Shown: positions 48,401-59,942 of the stretch, piece after piece | Numbering within the stretch: the first letter of the stretch is position 1 | Layout of the letters: each line of letters begins with the position of its first letter | Assembly (NCBI GenBank): GCA_026025795.1 | Contig: JAPEUG010000043.1 | Location: 1-64,000, forward strand | DNA from: Thelocarpon superellum | Taxonomy: Eukaryota | Direction of reading: 5' to 3' | DNA length: 64,000 bases | Notes under the pieces: model-generated | The model's input: the letters and a program-made list of their open reading frames with translations, nothing else | Databases searched by the model: none | What the model was told of the DNA's origin: nothing | Position numbers and translations under genes: made by a program

Positions 48401-51400
48401 TTCTGCTGTGATGACACCTTTGACTTTCAAGCCATGGGCCGCATCTTCCTCGGCATTTGCCAGGTCGGCGCGTGGGGCTGCTTCGACGAATTCAACCGGT
48501 TGGAGGAGCGGATTCTTTCCGCCGTGTCACAGCAGGTGCAGAACATTCAGTTGGGCTTGCGCCAGGGCATGACCGATCCGACGCGCCAGATTGAACTCGT
48601 CGGCCGGCAGCTGCGCGTGCACAATAACACGGGCATCTTTATGACGATGAACCCGGGTTACGCCGGCCGTTCCAACCTGCCCGACAATCTCAAGAAGCTC
48701 TTCCGCAGCGTCGCCATGTCGAAGCCCGACAAGGAGCTTATCGCCGAGGTGATGCTCTATTCGCAGGGTTTCCGCCAGGCCAAGCGTCTTGCCCGACAAA
48801 CCGTCCCCTTCTTCGACCAATGCGCCGCCCGGCTGTCGCCGCAGGCCCATTATGACTTTGGTCTGCGCGCGCTCAAGAGCGTGCTCGTGAGCTCCGGCGG
48901 CCTGAAGCGAGGCCGGCTCGCGGCAGTGCCCGACGATGGGCCCTCCGATGACGACGCGCTTGAGCCGCAGATCATCGTACAGAGCATCCGTGAAACGATT
49001 GCGCCCAAGCTCATCCAGGCCGACGTCGAGGTTATGCAAGAGATCGAGGCCGAAGCCTTCCCCGGCGTGGCTTACGTGCCGGCGACCTTGGAGGCGCTTC
49101 GGACCGCCATCCGGCGCATAGCGCACGAGCGGCATCTGGTCGTGAGCGACACGTGGATGACGAAGATTCTGCAGCTCTCCCAAATCCAGACGATTCACCA
49201 TGGTGTCATGATGGTGGGCGACTCCGGCGCGGGCAAGTCGGCGGCTTGGACGGTGCTGCTGCAGGCGTTACAGCAGGTCGAGGGCGTCGAGGGCGTGTCG
49301 CATGTCATCGACTCCAAGGTCATGTCCAAGGAGTCCCTCTACGGCACCCTTGATCCCACGACACGCGAGTGGACGGACGGTCTCTTCACGAGCATCTTAC
49401 GCCGCATCGTCGACAACTTGCGCGGCGAGGAGGCTAAGCGTCACTGGATTGTCTTTGACGGCGACGTCGATCCCGAGTGGGTGGAGAACCTCAACAGCGT
49501 GCTTGACGACAACAAACTGTTGACCCTGCCCAACGGCGAGCGCCTTACGCTCCCACCCAACACACGCATCATGTTCGAGGTCGAGACATTGCGCTATGCC
49601 ACCCTGGCAACCGTAAGTCGATGCGGTATGGTCTGGTTCAACGACGATACGGTGACCGCGCCAATGATGCTCGATCATTACCTCGACACACTTCGCGCTG
49701 TGCCATTTGACGATCTCGATGATGACACCGCCGTTGCTACCGGGCCGACGTCGGCGCGGGCGCTGGGTTTACAGGCCCAGACCGCCGACCTCCTTCACCA
49801 CTACCTCACCACGGACGGCTTGCTCGAACGAGCTCTCGAGCGCGCGCGCTCGGCGCCGCACATCATGACCTTTACCACGACGCGCGCGTTGACGACGCTG
49901 TTCGCGCTGCTCAACCAGACCTGCCGCCGCATGATCGAGCATAACCTGCAACACGCCGACTTCGCCCTGACGCAGGACCAGATCGAGTCCTTCCTCTCCA
50001 AGAAGCTTCTGCTCGCGCTCGTTTGGGCACTGACGGGTGACTGCCCGTTGCGTGAGCGCCAGGCTTTCGGTGCCTATCTGGTAGGACTCACGACGTTCCC
50101 GTCGCCACTGACCACCGATGCGGCGTCGTCGCTCATCGACTTTGACGTGAATCTACCCAAGGCGGAGTGGGTGGATTGGCAGGGTCAGGTACCACGCATC
50201 GAAGTCAACACGCATTCAGTCACGCAGACGGACGTGGTGATCCCTACGCTGGATACGATCCGGCACGAGGACGTGCTGTACTCCTGGCTCGCCGAGCACC
50301 GGCCGCTGCTGCTTTGTGGGCCGCCCGGTTCTGGCAAGACGATGACGCTCTTCAGCGCGCTGCGCAAGCTGCCCAACATGGAGGTGGTCGGGCTGAACTT
50401 CTCGAGCGCCACCACGCCCGAGCTGCTCATCAAGACGTTCGAGCAGTATGGCGAGTACCGGAAGACGCTCAACGGCGTAGTGCTGGCCCCTACGCAGATC
50501 GGCCGTTGGCTCGTCGTCTTCTGCGACGAGATCAACTTGCCGGCACCCGACCGCTACGGCACGCAACGTGCCATTTCCTTCCTGCGCCAACTTGTCGAGC
50601 AGAACGGTTTTTGGCGCACGTCTGACAAGACCTGGGTCACGCTCGACCGCATCCAATTCGTCGGCGCCTGCAACCCGCCTACCGATGCCGGCCGCTCCCC
50701 GCTGGGCGCGCGCTTCCTGCGTCATGCGCCAGTGCTCATGGTCGACTACCCCGGCGAGCTGTCGCTCAAGCAGATCTATGGCACCTTCACCCAAGCCATC
50801 CTGAAGGTGCTCCCCGCGCTACGTGGCTACGCCGACCCGCTCACCTCGGCCATGGTGCAGCTGTACCTCGAGTCACAGGCCCGCTTTACGCCACAGCAGC
50901 AACCGCATTACGTCTACAGCCCACGTGAGTTGACGCGCTGGGTGCGCGGCGTGTATGAGGCCATCCGTCCCCTCGAGCACCTGTCGGTCGAGGGGCTGGT
51001 ACGTATCTGGGCCCACGAGGCCTTGCGTCTCTTCCAGGACCGGCTGGTGGCCGAGGACGAGCGCGACTGGACGCAGGCCGCGACGCGCCGCATCGCGTTG
51101 GCACACTTCCCCACCATCGACGAGGCTCAAGCGCTCGGGGGACCCATCCTTTTTTCCAACTGGCTGTCGAAATACTACGTGCCGGTGGAGCGCGAACAGC
51201 TACGCGACTTCGTCAAGGCGCGACTCAAGACCTTCTGCGAGGAAGAAGTAGACGTCCCACTAATCCTCTTCAACGACGTGCTCGAGCACGTGCTCCGCAT
51301 CGATCGCGTCTTCCGCCAGCCACAAGGCCACTTGATCCTCATCGGCGTGAGCGGCAGTGGCAAGACGACGCTATCACGGTTTGTGGCATGGATGAATGGC

Positions 51401-54400
51401 CTCAAAGTCTTTCAGATCAAGGTGCACGGCCGCTATTCGGCCGAAGATTTTGACGATGACCTGCGCGACGTGCTGCGACGAGCGGGTTGTAAGGGCGAAA
51501 AGATCTGTTTCATCATGGACGAATCCAACGTGCTTGACTCGGGCTTCCTTGAGCGCATGAACACGCTGCTGGCGAACGCGGAGGTGCCGGGCCTGTTCGA
51601 GGGCGACGAGTTTGCAGCGCTCATGACGGCGTGCAAGGAGGGAGCGCAGCGACAGGGTCTATTACTCGACTCGCCAGAGGAGCTCTACCGCTGGTTCACG
51701 CAGCAGATCATCCAGAATCTGCACGTCGTCTTCACCATGAATCCCCCGGGCGCCGAGGGTCTCTCATCCAAGGCGGCAACCAGTCCCGCGCTCTTCAATC
51801 GTTGCGTGCTCAACTGGTTTGGTGACTGGTCGGACCAGGCGCTCTTCCAGGTGGGCACGGAGCTGACGCAGGCCGTCGACCTTGACCGACCCGACTTCGT
51901 CGCGCCCGACGCCATTCCCGTGGCATACCGCGACCTGCCCCTGCCGCCGTCGCACCGCGCTGCCGTCGTCAACGCCATGGTGTACGTGCACGGCGCGGTG
52001 GCGCACTTCAACCACCGGCGGGAGAAGCAGTTGGGCCAGACGACGTTCCTGACGCCACGCCATTTCCTCGACTTTGTGGCGCAGTACGTGCGCCTCTACC
52101 ACGAGAAACGTGAAGACCTCGAGGAGCAGCAGCGCCATCTGAATGTTGGGCTGGAGAAGTTGCGCGACACGGTGGAACAAGTGCGGCAGCTCCGCGCCAG
52201 CCTCGCGGCCAAGCAAAAGCAGCTCACCACCAAGGATGCCGAGGCGAACGAGAAGCTTCAACGCATGGTGGCCGATCAGCGCGAGGCGGAGCAGCGCAAG
52301 GCGACCTCGCTCGAGGTGCAGCAGGCGCTGGAGGCGCAGGAAGCGGCGGTAGCGACACGACGCGACGTGGTGCTGCACGATCTCGCCCAGGCCGAGCCAG
52401 CGGTCGAAGAGGCCCAGCGCAGCGTGAGCAACATCAAGCGCCAGCAGCTGACCGAGGTGCGCTCCATGGGCAGCCCGCCCGCGGGGGTCAAGCTCGCGCT
52501 GGAGGCAGTCTGTACGTTGCTTGGGCACCGCGTCGACAGTTGGAAGAGCATCCAGGCGATCGTCCGCCGTGATGACTTCATCGCCAGCATCGTCAACTAC
52601 GACAACGAGAATCAGATGACACGTGCGCACCGACTCAAGATGCAGGTGGAGTACTTGACCAAGGAGGACTTCACCTACGAGCGCGTCAACCGCGCGAGCA
52701 AGGCGTGCGGCCCGCTCGTGCAGTGGGTCGAGGCGCAGGTCAATTATTCTGATATCCTCGACCGCGTTGGCCCGCTGCGCGACGAGGTCGGCCATCTCGA
52801 GGCCCAGGCGCACCAGACCAAGGCCGAGGCGCAAGCCATCGAGCAAACCATTGCCCAATTGGAGCAGAGCATTGGCACCTACAAGACCGAGTACGCGGCC
52901 CTCATCAGCGAGACCCAAGCCATCAAGACGGAGATGGCGCGCGTGCAGTTCAAGGTCGACCGTAGCGTGAAGCTGCTCGACAGCCTGGCCGCCGAGCGCA
53001 CGCGGTGGGAGGAGGGCAGCACCACGTTCGAGACGCAGATCGGCACGATCGTGGGTGACGTGCTACTGGCGGCCGCCTTCCTGGCCTACGCCGGGCTCTA
53101 CGACCAGCAATTCCGCAAGGCGATGCTGGACGACTGGCGCTTGCAGCTGGCCCGCTCCGGGATCCAACATAAGCCGCATAACCCCATCACCGAGTACTTG
53201 TCCTCGGCCGACGAGCGGCTGCAGTGGCACGCGCACGCGTTACCCGTGGACGATCTCTGCACGGAGAATGCCATCATCCTGCAACGCTTCCAGCGCTATC
53301 CGCTCATCGTCGACCCCTCCGGCCGCGTGACCGAGTTCCTGCGGCAGGAGCACCGCGACCGGCGCCTCACCGTCACCAGCTTCCTCGACGACTCGTTTCT
53401 CAAGCAGCTCGAGAGTGCCCTCCGTTTCGGCAATGCCATTCTCATCCAAGATGCGGAGCACCTCGACCCCGTCTTGAGCCATGTGCTAAACAAGGAATAT
53501 CAGCGCACGGGCGGGCGGGTGCTGATCCAGCTGGGGAAGCAAGAAATCGACTTCTCGCCGGCCTTCAAGGTGTATCTGGCGACGCGCGACCCATCGGCCT
53601 CGTTCGCGCCCGATGTGTGCAGCCGCACGACGATCGTCAACTTCACGGTGACGCAGAGCAGCTTGCAGACGCAGTCGCTCAACGAGGTGCTCAAGGCCGA
53701 GCGGCCCGACGTGGATCGGCGACGCTCGACCCTGCTCAAACTGCAGGGCGAATTCAAGGTGCACCTACGCCAGCTGGAGAAGCGGCTGCTGGCCGCGCTC
53801 AACGAGTCGCGTGGCAACATCCTCGACAACGACCACGTCATCGAGACGCTCGAGACGCTCAAGCAGGAGGCCGCCGAGATCTCCCGCCAGATGGCCGAGA
53901 CCGAGGGCGTCATGACCGAGGTCGAGCAGATCACGCGCCAGTACGACGTCGTAGCCCGCGCCTGCAGCGCCGTCTTCGCCGTGCTTGAGCAATTGCACCA
54001 CCTGAACCACTTTTACCAGTTCTCGCTGCAGTACTTCACCGACATCTTCCGCGCCGTGCTGCACGACAATCCGCGCTTGACCAGCGCCGTGACGGATCAC
54101 CAGGCTCGAGTCGACGTGATCCTGCGCGATCTCTTTGTCGCCACCTACCACCGCACCTCGCTGGGCCTGCTGCAGCGCGATCGCGTCACCCTAGCCCTGC
54201 TGCTGGCTCAAGCGGCACCGTACCCGCTTGATTCGAGTCTGCTCGCGCTCGTGCACGACGAGCGTCTGCCCGGGGTCGACGTCTCCACGGAGCGCGACCG
54301 GCGAGACGAGGTGCACGCCCGCGCCGCCCGGCTGCCCATCTTCCAGCCATATCTGGCGGCGATCTCCACCGAGCAGTGGGATGCCTTCATCTCGGCCGAG

Positions 54401-55647
54401 GTGGCCGAGGATGTGGTTCCCACGGTATGGCCCGCCGATGCGGACCCACGCGACCGTCAGCTGCGCTCCCTGCTTCTTGTCAAGCTCTTCCGGCTCGACC
54501 GCTTCGTGCCCGCGGCCGAGCGCTTCGTCACGGCTGTGTTTGGGTCGGAGCTGTGGGCGAGCAGCGGTGACCTCGGCGACGTGCTCGACCAGGTGGCGGC
54601 GACGACGCCCATCGCGCTCAGCTCGAGCCCGGGCTTCGACGCCAGCTACAAGGTGGACAATCTGGTGGCGCGCACGCAGACGGCCTGCACCAATATCGCC
54701 ATGGGCTCGGCCGAGGGCTTGTCCAGCGCGGATCAGGCCATCAGCCACGCGGCGGCGACGGGGTCATGGGTGCTGATCAAGAACGTGCACTTGGCGCCCA
54801 CCTGGCTGCAGAGTCTCGAGAAGCGACTGGATGCGCTGAAGCCGCACGAGAACTTCCGTCTCTTCCTCTCCATGGAGGCCAGCCCCAAGATCGCGGTCAA
54901 CCTACTGCGGGCCTCGCGCGTGCTGATGTACGAGCAGCCGGCGGGGATCAAGGCCAACATGAAGGACTCCCTGTCCTCGGTCACGACGCGCGCGAGCCAG
55001 GAGCCGGTCGAGCGGGCACGCCTCTACTTCCTGATGTCCTTCCTGCACGCCGTGATCCAAGAGCGCTTGCGGTATGCGCCGACGTTAGGCTGGAAGGGGT
55101 TCTGGGAGTTCAACGACAGCGATGTAAGTCATAGGACCGACGGTCTCGCGTGGTAAGACACGGTGCTGACGATGGGAACTAGTACGAATGCTCAGCCTTC
55201 ATCATCGATACGTGGGTGGAGTCGGTGGCGTCGGGTCGTTCCAACGTGGCGCCGCAGAAGCTGCCGTGGGAGATGATTCGCACGCTCATCACAGAAATGT
55301 ATGGAGGCAAGGTGGATGACGAGAGCGACTTCGCCAGCCTGGCGGCGCTCGTGCAGCAGTTCATGGTCCCCGAGGCCTTTGAGAGCGAACACAAGCTGGT
55401 CGAGGGCGCGGTGGGCAGCCAGGACGAGGGGTTGACGGTGCCGAGCGGCACGGGCATGAAGGATTTCATGGCTTGGGTGCAGCGCTTACCGGAACGCGAG
55501 CCGCCCACCTATCTGGGGCTTCCGGCCAACGCGGAGAAATTGCTGTTGGTGGGCCATGGCACGTCGATGATGCATGACGTGCACCTCGTGAGCCATCTGT
55601 TGGATGAGGGAGAACAGATCATGGCCGAGGCGGAGCAGGAGGCTTGA
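42434..55647 (+). CDS. DYN1: Cytoplasmic dynein heavy chain (about 4384 aa), 2 exons
   Basis: Four P-loops [49 protein letters not shown]; stalk coiled coil; single intron 55124-55182 (GTAAGT..CTGAC..TAG). Confidence 0.98.
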
Positions 55648-55660
55648 GACTGGTCATCTC

Positions 55661-55699
55661 ACGCCCACACGCACACGCACACGCAAACACGCACTCACA
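55661..55699. repeat. Degenerate (CACACG)n tract
   Basis: acgcccacacgcacacgcacacgcaaacacgcactcaca just after the dynein stop. Confidence 0.7.
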
Positions 55700-56022
55700 A
55701 CGTGACTTTTCTTTCTGTACGAAGTACCTTTGTCGCACTTTCTGAGCTCTTCCCTCTGCTTATCTTCTCCGATACCAGAAGGTCTGTTGTTGCATTGTAT
55801 TTTATGTGGACTTAGCGAGGCGTTCAGAATAGTCGTTTCATGAAATTGCAGCGTTCTCTCATCAATCGTCTTTCCAGCGAATCAATTGCATATCCAACGA
55901 CGGAGCCCAGCTCCATTTCGACATGAATCCCCCACTCGAGGTATGAACAAGGCTCTCGCATCAGTACAGGATGCTCCGCGTCCTCGCCCCTCGCTTGGTG
56001 CCCATCGCCCGCTCCCAGCGAC

Positions 56023-56421
56023 CTAAGAAGTGCACCAATCGGTATTCGGATCCACGGCCCCCTGGGACGCGAGCTTGATGGCGGTGTTGACGATACGCCA
56101 AGGATTCTTCGAAATGGCGGTATCCGTCGTCGCCGGCAGCGCAAACTTCGCCTGGGTCCAATTCCCCCCCATGGGAGAACATTTCCAGTCATTCACAATG
56201 GCCGCCTGAGTATTCATTTTATCCAGCAAGCCCTCGCCCGGCCCCTTCTGATTCGAGCCCCATCCCTCCATGTTCACCACGAAGTGGATGAAAACCTGTG
56301 CGTACGTCGTGCAGAGCGGCTCCTGGGCCAGGGGATTTGCCGCCGGTTCGGCTTGTGGGAGAGCCGAGGCCGTCAGAAACAGTGGCGCGACGAGTGGTGC
56401 GAGGAGGTGGAGGAGCTGCAT
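56023..56421 (-). CDS. Small secreted protein (132 aa), unknown function
   Basis: Signal peptide MQLLHLLAPLVAPLFLTASA, pro-like AEP/ANP repeats, 3 Cys, no intron. Confidence 0.8.
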   Translation of the reverse strand: MQLLHLLAPLVAPLFLTASALPQAEPAANPLAQEPLCTTYAQVFIHFVVNMEGWGSNQKGPGEGLLDKMNTQAAIVNDWKCSPMGGNWTQAKFALPATTDTAISKNPWRIVNTAIKLASQGAVDPNTDWCTS

Positions 56422-57410
56422 CCTGCTTGGCTGTGGAGCGTCGACCGATGCTGGACGAGCGCGAGCGACACGAAGTAATGACGGAAGAGGACGAGTGGGG
56501 GGAGTCTCGTAGGTGGGTGGCTTGAGGAATATGATGGGAGATGAGAGATGACCGGTGTTCAATTTGAGCGTTTCTTGAGACTAGGGATCAGTAGAATGAA
56601 TAACGGAGGGTTGAGGCGGAGTAAAATGAGGTTCAGTTCCCTTATCTGCACGGACAAGAGCTCTACGCGTGTGATTCGGTCGACTCTTTGCTCTCTGCTT
56701 GCCTCGCTCGTCCTCTGAATCCTCCTCGATTGCCCCTGCTTCTCCTCCACTCCCATCCTTCGGCTGCGGCTATGTGGAAGAGTCCACGTGGAGACCATGT
56801 GGATATGGGATTAGGGTTGGGCGTGGGATTGGGATGTGGGACGTGTGCCCTGGAACCCCGCGGCGAGCAACGCTTAGAGGAGTAGGAGGAAGGAGGGCCG
56901 GTACGAACCGACTATCACCTTGAGCGTTCCCTGAGGATGGAGCCACGGAGCCAAGTGAACTTGTGGGTGTGGACTTCGGTAAGGGAGCAACTGACTAAAC
57001 GTACGAGGATCCCCGATCCAAGCAGGGCCCAAACTCAGACGATGGCATAGCAAGGGTTCACCGTCTGACAAAGGCAGACAGGAGAATCCGCAGCTAGACC
57101 CTTCTAAACATGCCGCTACGTAATGCCTCGACCATGTCCGACATGAAACGACAGTGTGCATGCGACAGACGGCGAGGATAGGCGCAAACTTGGGTCCCAT
57201 GACCATCCAAGCGTGGTTGGGGCAGTGGTGCAGTGGTGGAGGATTCGGTAAGAATGGCACTGCAGGATCAAGTGGGGACCGGGCAATGTGGGAGGATCAA
57301 TTAAGTCTGTGGACGATGGCCAATGAGCGAGCCAGGGTGAGCTGCGTCGTCCAACGATTCTGGTTGCACACCCAGCACCACGACCACACGCGTGGATGGA
57401 AACCCTAGGT

Positions 57411-57955
57411 GATCACGTGAACCAAGCAGGAACATATATTGAGTCGGTGGTTGGCATATGAGAGTTGGGCGTGTCAGGAAAAGCATGTCTTGACCTGCGA
57501 TCCGCCAGGGGTCGAAAGTATGCACGTGACGATTAGGAACCGCTTACCGTGAGATCGAAGATGGTGAGATACAGTACCCCGCGAACAAGGTAGTCGGTAT
57601 CTTGTGACCAAGAATCTTCCCTCATACCATACATCTAAAAATGTATGATGGAAGAAAAAGGAGCAGTCCCTGGCTCGTGTCGCATGAGCGCGCCACATTC
57701 ATCCGCATCGGCACGAGCCGAAGGATGAGCTGACAAAGGCACGTGAAGGGAAGCAAAGAGAGGACCGAGGCAGACCAGACAGACCAAGGCAATGGACGGT
57801 GTCAACCATGCATTTTCATCAGACTGTCTGCTGGGGAGTCATAGAAGCATGTCGGCCCGTCTAAGACGCGGGACTGAGTCTCCTTGCCTGAGCCATGCAA
57901 AGATCGGAGAGCATAAGGCAAGAACAATACTGCATTACGTGATCGGTCACGTGAC
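57411..57955. promoter_or_regulatory. Cluster of four CACGTG E-boxes
   Basis: CACGTG at 57414, 57523, 57740, 57948 (the last within palindrome GTCACGTGAC). Confidence 0.45.
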
Positions 57956-58527
57956 TCTTCGTCAGAAATTACCTAAAGCCAAGCCGCTTGAGCGAAGCAG
58001 CCAATCGTTCAGCCGAGTGACCCCGGCTCGACCCCACCAATCATAGTCCATGATTGTACCACCCACTTTATTGACTGGGCTCCGGCGCACGACACTGATC
58101 ATGCTGGATAGCGAGCTGCCTCCATATCCGCTTGGCCTGGAGCCGTGCACCACGCCGTGCACCACGCCGCGTTCCACGCATTTTGGAGACAAGGAAAATG
58201 GCTCCCCACGATTGGACTGCTGGCTACCATATATCCACTGGTGGGTAGTACTCGCACCTCATTGTAGCTATGCCGTAGCTAGAACAGCTAGAGCGGGCTA
58301 GTTCGAGGGCTCCAAGGGGCAGATTTCCATCTTTCCCACTGCTTTCCGTCGCGCATACATATCCTCGCCCATACGCAGGTAGCACGCGTCGCGTGCTTTC
58401 TACTCTGAACTGTCGTTACCCATCGCTGTGCTGGCCCACTGTGATATCTTCCGCCGTCATACGACCATCCGCCGCGCTCCTCACCTCCCTGGGGGCCAAC
58501 CTGCGCCTGGCGGACGAGGATCTCCCA

Positions 58528-59591
58528 ATGGCGTCCTCGCCCACCACCCCACTTACGCCTTCGCCAGCACCCTCCCCTCCCTCCACGACGCAAGACCTCT
58601 CCACCAAAGTCGCACCGGACCCTCTCGCGGACGTCCCGCCTCTCACCACCTCTCTCGCGACGGAAGACCCGACCGTTGTCGCCGCCCTCCGCCTCGTCGC
58701 CGACAGCGTCGCGCAACAACGCCAAGTAGCCGCGCTGGCCATCATCGCGCATCCCTCGATCCTCGCCGCGTACGCGCTCCTGCTCGCCATCCTCGCACAC
58801 TTCCAATGGCGCAAGCCGACGGACTGGCCCGTCTTTTTCACCACCGCCCTCGGCGTCACCATGGCCGTGCTCCTGTCCGTGCGATGGGCCGTCGATGGCT
58901 ATCTGACCGAGGCGGAGAAGATCACGTGGGCGTGGCTGCGCGGGTCCGAGGAGAATGACACGGTGCTGATTACGCGATTCGGCGACGAGGTGATTGGCAC
59001 GATCATCGTTCGGATGGAGGGTAGTCCCGTCCATCAGCCACCGACCCCCGGGCCTACGTCGACGCCGAAGGGGCGACGGAAGAACGCGGCAAAGTCAATC
59101 ACGGCCGGAAAGGAGGTGGGAAAGGAATTAGGAAGGGGAGCAGGAGCAGGAGGGAAGGGCATAATCCGCGGCTGGGCGGTCCGACTCCGATACCGAGGAA
59201 AAGGAGTAGGGCGGAATCTGCTGGACGAGGCAATCCAGCATGTTCGGAATCGATTTGGGCCGGATGCAATCGTGGAAATTGCCCCTGATCATGCGAGTAT
59301 GTTTCGCACGACTTCCTTCTGTCCCTTTTCCCCTCTCCCCCCCCCTCTCTCCCTCAACTCCTTCTCCGTTGAGTGGGTGGCAAGAGAGGACGGACGAGCC
59401 TATACTAACAAGACCAAATAGACTCGAGGAAAATCCTACCCTCTATATTCAACGGCCCGTTGAACAAGCGCGGGAAGCAAGCTAGGAGGATGGTAGATGC
59501 GGCGTTGCTTCTTCCGCCTCCGCCCTCTTCCGCTGCTTCGACCACTGCGTCTGTTGCTGCTCCCTCTCCGCCACCTTCATCATCATCGTAG
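58528..59591 (+). CDS. Membrane-associated GNAT-family acetyltransferase, 2 exons
   Basis: LRLVADSVAQQRQ, two hydrophobic segments, TRFGDEVIG, IRGWAVRLRYRGKGVG (acetyl-CoA motif A); intron 59297-59421. Confidence 0.82.
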
Positions 59592-59781
59592 TCATGGGCG
59601 AATGATATTGGTCGGGCTGGAGTGTGTAGACTATGATCGATGGTACAGGTAGAAAGATAGATGTACCGAGATCATGGATGGATACGGTTTGGTCTACTGC
59701 TCACTTTCCTCTCACTCGCTTGCTTGTTCGCTCGTTCACGGCAAATTGATGACCGGCTGATTGAGTATCTTCATCTTGCTT

Positions 59782-59812
59782 GATCCAGATCCAGATCCAG
59801 ATCCAGATCCAG
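59782..59812. repeat. (GATCCA)x5 microsatellite
   Basis: Between the convergent GNAT and SNG1 genes. Confidence 0.9.
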
Positions 59813-59942
59813 TGCTATGTACATCAAAGTCCACCATGCAATATACCGCGCAATGCCAAATGACGGACACCATCTAACGCATCCAAGACCCCCTTCCCCT
59901 TCCCTCTTTCTCTCTCACCCTTTTCGAAGGGATGAGCACGGT

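Noticed and set aside
42564..55134. Many long antisense and alternate-frame ORFs over dynein (also over GUA1, WDR48, ProRS)
   Set aside because: Expected shadows of high GC3 codon bias; no independent motifs
58261..58320. GTTCGA (T-loop-like) with repeated GCTAG
   Set aside because: No cloverleaf stems can be formed
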